Shown here: in pieces, positions 8,193-20,202 of the stretch | Layout of the letters: each line of letters begins with the position of its first letter | Numbering within the stretch: position 1 is the first letter of the stretch | Assembly (NCBI GenBank): GCA_016180575.1 | Contig: JACPAY010000004.1 | Location: forward strand, 1-56,882 | DNA: 56,882 nucleotides | Direction of reading: 5' to 3' | DNA from: Candidatus Omnitrophota bacterium | GTDB lineage: Bacteria > Omnitrophota > Gorgyraeia > Aquiviventales > Aquiviventaceae | The notes under the pieces: model-generated | Database searches by the model: none | Told to the model about the DNA's origin: nothing | The model's input: the letters and a program-made list of their open reading frames with translations, nothing else | Translations under genes and position numbers: made by a program

Positions 8193-9427
8193 CCAAGCTC
8201 CCCGACCACCCCGGCGTCTACCTGTTCCGGGGCGCGCAGGGCGAGGCCCTGTACGTGGGGAAGGCGCAACGCCTCCGCAAGCGCGTCGCGTCCTATTTCC
8301 GCCATCGGGGACTGGGCCCCCGCATCGCCCACCTGATGACGCAGGTGGCGGACATCGAGATCCGCCGCACCGCCTCCGAGGCGGAGGCGCTGCTCCTGGA
8401 AGCCCAGCTCATCAAGGAGCGCCGGCCGCGCTACAACGTCAGCTTCCGCGACGACAAGGCCTACCCCCTGCTCAAGGTGGCCCGCGAGCCGTTTCCCCGG
8501 TTGATGGTCGCGCGGCGCCGCCTGCCGGACGGGGCGGCCTACTTCGGCCCCTACACCGACGTCGGGTTGATGCGCGAGGCGGTCCGGTTCCTGCGCCGCG
8601 TCTTCCCGATGCGCACCTGCGCGGCGTTCCCCAAGACGCCGTGCCTTGAGTACCACCTGGGGCAGTGCCTGGCGCCGTGCGCGGGGTACGTCGATGAGCG
8701 GGCCTATCAGCGCATCGTGGAGGACCTCCTCGCGTTTCTGAGGGGCGAGCGCGACCAGCTGCTGCGGGACCTCGCGCGGCGCATGGGACAGGCGGCGAAA
8801 CATCGGCGCTTCGAGGAGGCCGCGCGGCTGCGCGATCAGATCCAGGCGCTGACGTCGGTCATCGTCGCCAAGGAGAAGTCGCTCGCCGCCGGCCCCCTGG
8901 AGCAGCTCCAGGCCGCCCTGAAGCTGCCCCGCCTCCCCCGGCGCATCGAGGCGTTCGACATCTCGAACATCTTCGGCGACTGGGCGGTGGGGTCGATGGT
9001 GGTCTTCACCGACGGGAAACCGCACAAGGCGCACTACCGGCGCTTCCAGATCGAGACGGTCCGGGGCATCGACGACTACGCGATGATGCGGGAGGTGATC
9101 CGCCGCCGGTACAGCGGCTCGCTGGCCGCGACGCTCCCCCTGCCGGACCTCGTGCTCGTCGACGGGGGGAAGGGGCAGTTGAGCGCCGCCGGCGAAGCGC
9201 TGGCGGCGCTCAGGCTGACGCTGCCGGCCATGGGCCTCGCCAAGCGGTTCGAGCGCATCGTCCTGCCGGAGGTTGCGGAGCCCATCGCGCTGCTGCCGAC
9301 GTCCCCCGTCCTGCATCTCGTCCAGCACATCCGGGACGAGGCGCATCGCTTTGCCATCGCGTATCACCGTCTGAAGCGCCGCGCCTCGCTGCGGCCGTCG
9401 CCGCGCCGGAGGCGCGCCGCCCGATGA
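8147..9427 (+). CDS. uvrC: Excinuclease ABC subunit C, short form lacking the C-terminal (HhH)2 domain
   Basis: GIY-YIG motifs (PGVYLF...LYVGKA...RV.SYF). UVR motif RFEEAARLRDQIQAL. C-terminal nuclease region ending ...HRFAIAYHR. Only 427 aa. ATG 8147 chosen inside ORF 6917-9427. Confidence 0.8.
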   Translation: MARQPAAPANLRERVAKLPDHPGVYLFRGAQGEALYVGKAQRLRKRVASYFRHRGLGPRIAHLMTQVADIEIRRTASEAEALLLEAQLIKERRPRYNVSFRDDKAYPLLKVAREPFPRLMVARRRLPDGAAYFGPYTDVGLMREAVRFLRRVFPMRTCAAFPKTPCLEYHLGQCLAPCAGYVDERAYQRIVEDLLAFLRGERDQLLRDLARRMGQAAKHRRFEEAARLRDQIQALTSVIVAKEKSLAAGPLEQLQAALKLPRLPRRIEAFDISNIFGDWAVGSMVVFTDGKPHKAHYRRFQIETVRGIDDYAMMREVIRRRYSGSLAATLPLPDLVLVDGGKGQLSAAGEALAALRLTLPAMGLAKRFERIVLPEVAEPIALLPTSPVLHLVQHIRDEAHRFAIAYHRLKRRASLRPSPRRRRAAR

Positions 9428-9750
9428 GCCGGAGCGCCCTGTCACGACAGCCGCCGCGGGGGGTGCCCGCCGCGGCGTGGGCGCGGTTGACCGACTTCCA
9501 GCGGCTGGTCTACACCGCCACGCTCCGCATCCCCAGAGGCGAGACCCGGTCCTATCAATGGGTGGCCGCGCGGATCGGCCATCCGCGCGCCGCCCGGGCG
9601 GTCGGCGGGGCCCTTCGTCGTAACCCCTTCGCGCCCAAGGTGCCCTGTCATCGGGTGGTCCGGGCCGACGGGTCGCTGGGCGGCTATTCCAGGGGCCTCT
9701 CCAAGAAGCGCTCGCTCCTGCGGGCCGAGGGCCGGCATATCCCCGCGTAA
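9424..9750 (+). CDS. ogt: Methylated-DNA--protein-cysteine methyltransferase (DNA-binding/active-site domain only)
   Basis: IPRGETRSYQWVA...VPCHRVVRADGSLGGY contains the PCHR active site. ATGA overlap with the uvrC stop. Confidence 0.85.
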   Translation: MSRSALSRQPPRGVPAAAWARLTDFQRLVYTATLRIPRGETRSYQWVAARIGHPRAARAVGGALRRNPFAPKVPCHRVVRADGSLGGYSRGLSKKRSLLRAEGRHIPA

Positions 9751-9763
9751 TGCCGCGTAGCGG

Positions 9764-9793
9764 TTGTTAGCCGTCCGAGACCTCAGGTATACT
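9764..9793 (+). promoter_or_regulatory. Candidate sigma70-type promoter
   Basis: TTGTTA (9764-9769), 18-nt spacer, TATACT (9788-9793). Lies in the 60-nt gap after ogt and about 20 nt before ATG 9815. Confidence 0.35.
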
Positions 9794-9814
9794 TTGTCTG
9801 TGAACGGACAGCCA

Positions 9815-11368
9815 ATGCCGCCAGCCCAGCCTCACCAGCCGTCCAACGGGACGCCGGCCCCTCGCCATGAGGAGCGGCTGGAGTACCGCTTTGCCCTCGC
9901 CTTCGGCTTCATGTCGGTCATCCCCATCCTGATCGTCTGGGCGTGGGCCAAGGTCCACGCGGCGGACATGAGCCTGGCGCTCTACGGCATCGTCGGCTCC
10001 GCGCTCATCGGCTACTTTTTCATCACGCGGCGGATCGTCCGGTCGATGATCGTCGTCGCCCAGAAGGTGAGGGCGATCACCAGCGGCCAGGCCGCCGGCC
10101 GCATCGACGTGGCGGAGCCCAACGAGATCGGCGAGCTGGCCCGCTCCTTCAACCGCATCACCCAGGAGCTCGAGCACAAGATCGAGGAGCTGGAATCCTC
10201 CCGCGAGCTGGCGAGGAAGCTGCTCTCCCGCATCGGCACCGCCATCAATTCCTACGAGGGCATCGACAACCTGCTCAGCCTCATCATCGAGAACTCGGCG
10301 GCCGCCCTGGGCGCCGAGATGGGCACCCTGATGCTCGTCGACGGCGAGAAGCAGGAGCTGTACGTCAAGACCATGTGGTCGAACAACGGCCAGGTGGTTG
10401 ACCCGCAGCTGCGGATCAGGCTCGGCGACGGCATCGCGGGATCGGTGGCGCGGCAGAACCATCCGACGCGCGCCATCGCCCAGCCCGCCGCGCTGGGGTT
10501 CAGCAAGACGGGCGCGGAGGAGAGCGCCATCCTGAGCGTCCCATTGCAGCTGCGCGACCACCCCATCGGCGTCCTCACGGTGCTGCGGAAGGGGGCGGCC
10601 CGCCCGTTCACGGAGGATGACGAGGCCCTCCTGGGGAGCATCGGCTCCCAGGTCGCGGTCGCCATCGAGAACTACCGGCTCAACCTCGATGTGGAACGGA
10701 CGTACCTCGAGACGATCATGGCGCTCGCGCTGGCGGTCGAGGCCAAGGACCCCTACAGCGCCGGCCACTCGAAGCGCGTGGGGTTCTACGCGACGCAGAT
10801 CGCGGAGGAGATGGGGCTGGGGGAGGAGATCCTGCGCACCCTCAACGACGCCGGCATCCTGCACGACATCGGCAAGATCGGCATCAAGGACGAGATCCTC
10901 CTGAAGCCCGGCGCGCTCACGCCGGATGAGCAGAAGATCATGCAGCAGCACCCGGTCATCGGCGAGGCCATCGTCAAGCCCGTGCGGTCGCTCGGCAAGG
11001 TGGTCGCCCTCGTGCGCCATCACCACGAGCGGTACGACGGAATGGGCTACCCGGCCGGGCTGAAGGGCGAGGCGATCCCGCTCGGGGCGCGCATCCTGGC
11101 CGTGGCGGACACCTACGACGCCATGGTGACCGACCGGCCCTACCGCAAGCGCCTCTCCGTGGAAGAGACCAAGCGCGAGTTCAAGAAGGGCGCAGGCTCG
11201 CAGCATGACCCGGCGGTGGTGGACGCCCTGCTGCGGGTGCTGGAGCGCAAGGAGCTGCGCCTCACCGCCGCGAAGGACGCGGCCGCCGTCCCGCCGATGC
11301 CGCCGGCGTCCCCCTCCGGCGCCGTGCCCGCCAAGGGCTCGGATCCCGAAACGCTCGGCTGCCGTTGA
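9815..11368 (+). CDS. HAMP-GAF-HD-GYP signalling protein (probable c-di-GMP phosphodiesterase)
   Basis: TM segments, then a HAMP-like linker and a GAF-like region. HD-GYP motifs: HSKRVG...ILHDIGKIGI...HHERYDGMGYPAGL. Alternative starts at TTG 9764 and GTG 9800. Confidence 0.8.
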   Translation: MPPAQPHQPSNGTPAPRHEERLEYRFALAFGFMSVIPILIVWAWAKVHAADMSLALYGIVGSALIGYFFITRRIVRSMIVVAQKVRAITSGQAAGRIDVAEPNEIGELARSFNRITQELEHKIEELESSRELARKLLSRIGTAINSYEGIDNLLSLIIENSAAALGAEMGTLMLVDGEKQELYVKTMWSNNGQVVDPQLRIRLGDGIAGSVARQNHPTRAIAQPAALGFSKTGAEESAILSVPLQLRDHPIGVLTVLRKGAARPFTEDDEALLGSIGSQVAVAIENYRLNLDVERTYLETIMALALAVEAKDPYSAGHSKRVGFYATQIAEEMGLGEEILRTLNDAGILHDIGKIGIKDEILLKPGALTPDEQKIMQQHPVIGEAIVKPVRSLGKVVALVRHHHERYDGMGYPAGLKGEAIPLGARILAVADTYDAMVTDRPYRKRLSVEETKREFKKGAGSQHDPAVVDALLRVLERKELRLTAAKDAAAVPPMPPASPSGAVPAKGSDPETLGCR

Positions 11369-11404
11369 CCGACCGGCTCCCGCCTGTTACACTAATCGCC
11401 TGCC

Positions 11405-12542
<1,138 letters not shown>

Positions 12543-12567
12543 TAATTAGTGGCTGTCCCCCATTAAC

Positions 12568-15735
<3,168 letters not shown>

Positions 15736-15740
15736 AAAAA

Positions 15741-15800
15741 GGGACCGGGTCTATTTTTCCATCGGCGGAGAAATGAAAAATAGACCCGGTCCCAATTTTT
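15741..15800. repeat. Perfect 18-bp hairpin (GGGACCGGGTCTATTTTT type) followed by a T-run; possible secA terminator or attenuator
   Basis: GGGACCGGGTCTATTTTT-17 nt-AAAAATAGACCCGGTCCC, then AATTTTT. The loop contains GGAGAAATG, the Shine-Dalgarno and ATG 15773 of the long lnt ORF. Confidence 0.85.
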
Positions 15801-17323
15801 GCTTGGCGCTCGGCAGCGCCGCCCTCCTCATCCTCGCGTTCCCGAGCTTCAACCAGCCCTGGTGCGCGTGGATCGCCCTCGTGCCGTGGCTGCTCATGCT
15901 GCGCCGCCTTGCGCCCGGGGCGGCCTTCCGCTGGTCGTGGCTCATCGGCTTCGGGTTCTTCCTCGGCTCCATCTGGTGGATGGTGCACCTGACCGACTTC
16001 GGCGGCCCGATGGCCATCGTCGGGTGGCTGGCGCTCTGCGCGGTTCTGGCGCTCTACTTCGGCGCGTTCGGCTGGGTCCTGGCGGCCGTCGGAGAAAAAA
16101 GGCACCGGTTCCTTTTGTTCGCGCCGGCGCTGTGGGTCGCGCTGGAGTACGCGCGCAGCCATCTGCTGACGGGATTCGGCTGGAACCTGCTGGCCTACTC
16201 GCAGGCCCCGTGGCTGCCGCTCATCCAGCTGGCGGACCTCACCGGCGCCTGGGGGATGTCGTTCCTCGTCGTCCTCGTCAACGCCGCCGCCAGCCGTCTC
16301 ATCGCCGAGCGGTCGCGGGCGGCGGCCCGCCAGGCGGCGATTGCGGCGGGGGTCGTCCTGGCGGCGCTCGGCTACGGGCTGTGGCGGATGCCGCAAGCGG
16401 CCGGGGCGGGGACCGTGCGTGTCGCGGTGGTGCAGGGCAACATCCCGCAGGCGCGGAAGTGGGACGAGGCCTACCGCGCGGACATCCTGGAGCGCTACGC
16501 GGCGCTGACGCGCCAGGCAGCGAAGGCCTCGCCGGACCTCATCATCTGGCCGGAGACCTCGGTGCCGGGCTTCCTAGGGCTCGATGAGGAGCTGACCCAG
16601 TCGCTTGTTTCGCTCAGCCGCGCCGTGGACGCCCCGCTGCTCGTCGGCGCCCCGCACATGCACCTGGACGGCGTCCGCTGGCGGACAGGCAACGGCGCGG
16701 CATTGCTGCACGCGGGCGCCCTCCAGCAGTGGTACGACAAGCTTCATCTCGTGCCCTTCGGCGAGTTCATCCCGTTCGAGCGCGCGCTGCCCTGGCTGCG
16801 CGAGGTCCTGCCGCCCATCGGCGAATTCGTCCCCGGAGACGACTCGACCGTCTTCGGCCGGCCCGTGCCGTTTGGCGTGCTCATCTGCTTTGAGGATCTC
16901 TTCCCGGAGCTGGCCCGCCGGTTTGCGCAGCGCGGGGCGCGGCTCCTGCTCGTCATCACCAACGACGCCTGGTTCGGCCCCACGGCCGCCGCCTACCAGC
17001 ATGCGCAGGCCTCCACCTTCCGGGCGGTCGAGCTGCGCGTGCCCCTGGCCCGCGCCGCCAACACCGGCTGGTCCGGCTGCATCGACGCCGCGGGCCGGCG
17101 GCGCGGGAGCGTTCGGGACGCCGCCGGGACCGAGCTGTTCGTGCCCGGCTTCCAGGCCTGCGACCTCTCCTTGCCCGGCCCCGCGGGGGCGGAGGGTGTT
17201 GCCCGCAGCCTGTATCTCGCGTGGGGCGACTGGTTCGCCTGGCTGTGCATCGGGCTGACGGCGGTGTATAATCAGCGGATCAAGCGTGGAGAACGTATTG
17301 TCCCTCGGCGAGCAGCGCGATAA
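15773..17323 (+). CDS. lnt: Apolipoprotein N-acyltransferase
   Basis: N-terminal TM bundle plus C-terminal CN-hydrolase domain (VVQGNIPQ..KW, WPE, LICFEDLFPE). Start uncertain: ATG 15773 lies inside the hairpin, and in-frame TTG 15803 lies after the T-run. Confidence 0.85.
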   Translation: MKNRPGPNFCLALGSAALLILAFPSFNQPWCAWIALVPWLLMLRRLAPGAAFRWSWLIGFGFFLGSIWWMVHLTDFGGPMAIVGWLALCAVLALYFGAFGWVLAAVGEKRHRFLLFAPALWVALEYARSHLLTGFGWNLLAYSQAPWLPLIQLADLTGAWGMSFLVVLVNAAASRLIAERSRAAARQAAIAAGVVLAALGYGLWRMPQAAGAGTVRVAVVQGNIPQARKWDEAYRADILERYAALTRQAAKASPDLIIWPETSVPGFLGLDEELTQSLVSLSRAVDAPLLVGAPHMHLDGVRWRTGNGAALLHAGALQQWYDKLHLVPFGEFIPFERALPWLREVLPPIGEFVPGDDSTVFGRPVPFGVLICFEDLFPELARRFAQRGARLLLVITNDAWFGPTAAAYQHAQASTFRAVELRVPLARAANTGWSGCIDAAGRRRGSVRDAAGTELFVPGFQACDLSLPGPAGAEGVARSLYLAWGDWFAWLCIGLTAVYNQRIKRGERIVPRRAAR

Positions 17324-18743
17324 CCGCCATCAGAAACTCACCACCCTGCGCCAGCAGGGCATCGCGCCCTTCAGCGAGCGGCGCTTCGAGAAGCCCTGTC
17401 CCATCGCCGCGCTCGCGGCGCAGTACGCCGAGGGCCGCAGCGCCTCCACCGCCGGCCGCCTGAGCGCGAAGCGGGGCCACGGGGGGCTCGTCTTCGCCGA
17501 CCTGCGGGACGGCAGCGGCAAAATCCAGATCTGCGTCAAGCAGGATGCGGTCAGCTCCCCGGACTGGGCGCTCTTTGACACCCTGGACCTCGGCGACATC
17601 GTCGGCGTCAGGGGAACGCTGTTCAAGACGAAGACCGGCGAGGCGACCATCCAAGCCAAGGCCATCACCCTGCTGGCCAAAGCCTTGCGCCCGCTGCCCG
17701 AGAAGTGGCACGGGCTGAAGGACATCGAGATCCGCTACCGCCAGCGGTACCTGGACCTCATCGCGAACGAGCCGGTCCGCCAGGTCTTCATCCAGCGCGG
17801 CCGCCTGATGGCCACCCTGCGCCAGACGCTGGAGCGGGAGGGGTTCCTGGAGGTGGAGACGCCGATGATGCACGCCATTCCCGGCGGGGCGGCGGGTGAG
17901 CCGTTCGTCACGCACCACCACGCGCTCGATGAGAACCTCTACCTGCGCCTGGCGCCGGAGCTGCACCTCAAGGAGCTGCTGGTGGGCGGATTCGACCGGG
18001 TGTACGAGCTGAACCGGTCGTTCCGCAACGAGGGCGTCTCGACGCGGCACAACCCCGAGTTCACCATGCTGGAGGCGTACGCCGCCTACCAGGACTGCGC
18101 GTTCATGATGGGCCTGGTGGAGCGGCTCATCGTCGAGGCCGCCAAGGCGCTGCGGGGCACGCTGCGCTTCGAGTACCAGGGCCAGCCCATCGACCTGACG
18201 CCGCCGTGGGACCAGCGCGCCTCCTTCGCCGAGGCGATGCAGGCCATGAATCTTTCGCCGACGTCGAGCATCGAGGAGATCCAGGCGGTGCTGGCGAAGC
18301 GGGGGATGAAGCTCAAGGGGGTGACCCGCTCGCAGCTCGTCCGCCTCGTCGAGCAGCTCTTCGAGCCGAAGGCGCAGGCGCGGCCGCTCTTCGTCGTCGA
18401 CTACTGGACGGAGCTCTCGCCGCTGGCGAAGAGCAAGCCGGAGGATCCCCTCATCGCGGACCGGTTCGAGCTGTTCATCGGCGGCATGGAAGTGGCCAAC
18501 GCCTACTCGGAGCTGAACGACCCGGTCGAGCAGCGGCGGCGCTTCGAGGCCCAGCTCGACGCGGCCGGCGTGAAGGGAAAGGCGCGGCGCATCGACGAGG
18601 GGTTCGTTGAGGCGCTGGAGCACGGGATGCCGCCGGCCGGCGGCCTCGGCGTCGGGGTGGACCGCCTGGCGATGCTCCTGCTGGATCAGCCCTCCATCAA
18701 GGACGTGATCCTGTTTCCGCTGCTGAAGCCATCGTCGACGTAA
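17286..18743 (+). CDS. lysS: Lysyl-tRNA synthetase, class II
   Basis: OB-fold N-terminus, RYRQRYLDLI, FLEVETPMMH, ELFIGGMEVANAYSELNDP and GLGVGVDRL motifs. GTG start overlaps the lnt 3' end. Confidence 0.93.
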   Translation: MENVLSLGEQRDNRHQKLTTLRQQGIAPFSERRFEKPCPIAALAAQYAEGRSASTAGRLSAKRGHGGLVFADLRDGSGKIQICVKQDAVSSPDWALFDTLDLGDIVGVRGTLFKTKTGEATIQAKAITLLAKALRPLPEKWHGLKDIEIRYRQRYLDLIANEPVRQVFIQRGRLMATLRQTLEREGFLEVETPMMHAIPGGAAGEPFVTHHHALDENLYLRLAPELHLKELLVGGFDRVYELNRSFRNEGVSTRHNPEFTMLEAYAAYQDCAFMMGLVERLIVEAAKALRGTLRFEYQGQPIDLTPPWDQRASFAEAMQAMNLSPTSSIEEIQAVLAKRGMKLKGVTRSQLVRLVEQLFEPKAQARPLFVVDYWTELSPLAKSKPEDPLIADRFELFIGGMEVANAYSELNDPVEQRRRFEAQLDAAGVKGKARRIDEGFVEALEHGMPPAGGLGVGVDRLAMLLLDQPSIKDVILFPLLKPSST

Positions 18744-18746
18744 GGG

Positions 18747-19088
18747 ATGGTCATCGTCAGGGGAACATTGACGCTCGAAGAACTCAGGCAGATGGCCGCC
18801 CGCCGGTTCGGCGACATGGTGAAAGCCGTGGTGGACGTGGACCGGGAGCTCCTCGCAGTTGACGCGGAGCTTCACGCTGACTTGGAAGCCCTGCTCCTTG
18901 GGGACGGGTCGCAGCAGAAGAGTCTCTGGGGGATCAATCTGTACCCGGAGATGCCAGGGGAGGCATCCATCGAATTCGACTCGTTGATCAATATCCGCCC
19001 CTCCCAAGGGAACAGGAGCCGGGGTGTCGAACAGGAAGCCATCCGGAAGACCATTGCCGCCGTCGTTGACAAGCGGCTTGCGCGATGA
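18747..19088 (+). CDS. Small conserved protein of unknown function (from memory, resembles the family I know as DUF5674)
   Basis: 113 aa with FGDMVKAVVD...ELHADLEALLL..GS.Q..LWGINLYPE...IEFDSLINIRPSQGNRSRGV. Starts 3 nt after the lysS stop. GC visibly lower than its neighbours. Confidence 0.5.
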   Translation: MVIVRGTLTLEELRQMAARRFGDMVKAVVDVDRELLAVDAELHADLEALLLGDGSQQKSLWGINLYPEMPGEASIEFDSLINIRPSQGNRSRGVEQEAIRKTIAAVVDKRLAR

Positions 19089-19417
19089 CGTACCAGCATC
19101 AGGAACTCGCCGCGGGGCGGTGGGAGCGGTTGACATTCTTCGAGCAGATGGCCAACATCGGCAGCGAAGTGGAGCGCTCGCTGAACTGGCGCGCCAAGCA
19201 GCAGCCCTCCCTGGCTCAACGGGCGTTTGAGCGCGCCCTGGAGTTACTTGACCTCACGTTGGCCGGCGCGGCCACACCGGCGCGCTTGAGGGAGCTCGCC
19301 CGCGTCAGAGAAGCGATGGCCGATTACTTTGCAGGTCGCAATCAGTTCGCGTCTTCAGACGCGTCGTGGAGGAGGTACTTTGCGCCCTTCACCACCGCCG
19401 TGCGCCGCGACCGTTAG
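19085..19417 (+). CDS. Small helical protein of unknown function
   Basis: 110-aa ORF with ATGA overlap to the previous gene. ELAAGRWERLTFFEQMANIGSEVERSLNW...ALELLDLTL. I recognise no family. Confidence 0.45.
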   Translation: MTYQHQELAAGRWERLTFFEQMANIGSEVERSLNWRAKQQPSLAQRAFERALELLDLTLAGAATPARLRELARVREAMADYFAGRNQFASSDASWRRYFAPFTTAVRRDR

Positions 19418-19460
19418 ATGAGATGATGTGATGGAACTCCTATGGTGAAGCCGGAGCGGT

Positions 19461-19485
19461 GATGCGCTACGAGCTGTGGCTGGGA
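19461..19485 (+). repeat. Orphan copy of the lolC 5' end (left direct repeat of the low-GC cassette)
   Basis: TGATGCGCTACGAGCTGTGGCTGGG matches 20201-20225 TGATGCGCTACGAGTTCTGGCTGGG at 23 of 25 positions. It is preceded by GGAGCGG (Shine-Dalgarno-like) and closes after 8 codons at TGA. Confidence 0.85.
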
Positions 19486-19541
19486 TGAACTTGTTGAGAC
19501 AGCCTCAAGCGGCCTGTGCGACGGAGAAGGGGAGAGGGGTC

Positions 19542-20171
19542 ATGCAGCGAGTGCGACAGACTGTGGTAGTGTGTGCCGGCATTCTTAGCGTTTTGATTCA
19601 GCCGCTGCCGCTTCGCGGAGCTGAAGGATCCATTGAGTTCAAGACGGTTTCATTGGATGATTTCTTCGGAGGGCCGCCTGCAGGCATGAATGTCGAGAGG
19701 TATTTTCCAATCGATGTAGACGTCCCTGCTATCTACAACGGCCATGAGAATCCATCTTGGGTGGGCGAACAGTTCTGGTCGACGGAATCTGACGTGGAAA
19801 GGCTTACCCAGGAAGGAAAACCACTCCCCGAGCATGGTTTCTTCAGTGTCAAAGTATCCATGAATATTGGATATGATGCCCAAGCAGATGTCTTTTCTGA
19901 TTTTCAAGGTACCGATGAGAGGAATCTTAAGGCAGCAATGTCCAAGCAGGGGCTGCAAGTTACAGAAGTGAAGCGACACGATGTGAAGGGTTTTCCGACG
20001 CTCATCGTTGAAGGGGATGGCCCTGAAGGCAAAAAAGTGAGAATCGCGTACGTGGCGACTAAGATCGACACAAATGTTCTCTTCGTTTTCTATGCGCATA
20101 GAGACCCCTGGTCTAAGTGGGATGACGAGGTTTGGGCACGGTTTAAGTCATCGCTACTGAGCTCGCCATAG
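19542..20171 (+). CDS. Secreted hypothetical protein on a low-GC insert
   Basis: GGAGAGGGG Shine-Dalgarno before ATG 19542. Signal-peptide-like VVVCAGILSVLIQPLPLRGAEG. AT-rich codon usage, unlike every neighbouring gene. Confidence 0.6.
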   Translation: MQRVRQTVVVCAGILSVLIQPLPLRGAEGSIEFKTVSLDDFFGGPPAGMNVERYFPIDVDVPAIYNGHENPSWVGEQFWSTESDVERLTQEGKPLPEHGFFSVKVSMNIGYDAQADVFSDFQGTDERNLKAAMSKQGLQVTEVKRHDVKGFPTLIVEGDGPEGKKVRIAYVATKIDTNVLFVFYAHRDPWSKWDDEVWARFKSSLLSSP

Positions 20172-20202
20172 CTGGTGACACGAACCTCCTGATCAGCCGC
20201 TG

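Noticed and set aside
17200-17300. T-box or riboswitch leaders upstream of lysS, cysS, metG, thiL and thiS.
   Set aside because: These genes overlap or abut the preceding gene by 0-20 nt, or are separated only by repeat hairpins. That leaves no room for a 150-300-nt leader, and I saw no T-box or TPP consensus.
19650-20099. Minus-strand 149-aa ORF inside the low-GC cassette.
   Set aside because: It is antisense to the + strand ORF, which has a Shine-Dalgarno, a signal peptide and a longer reading frame. Nothing supports the minus-strand ORF.
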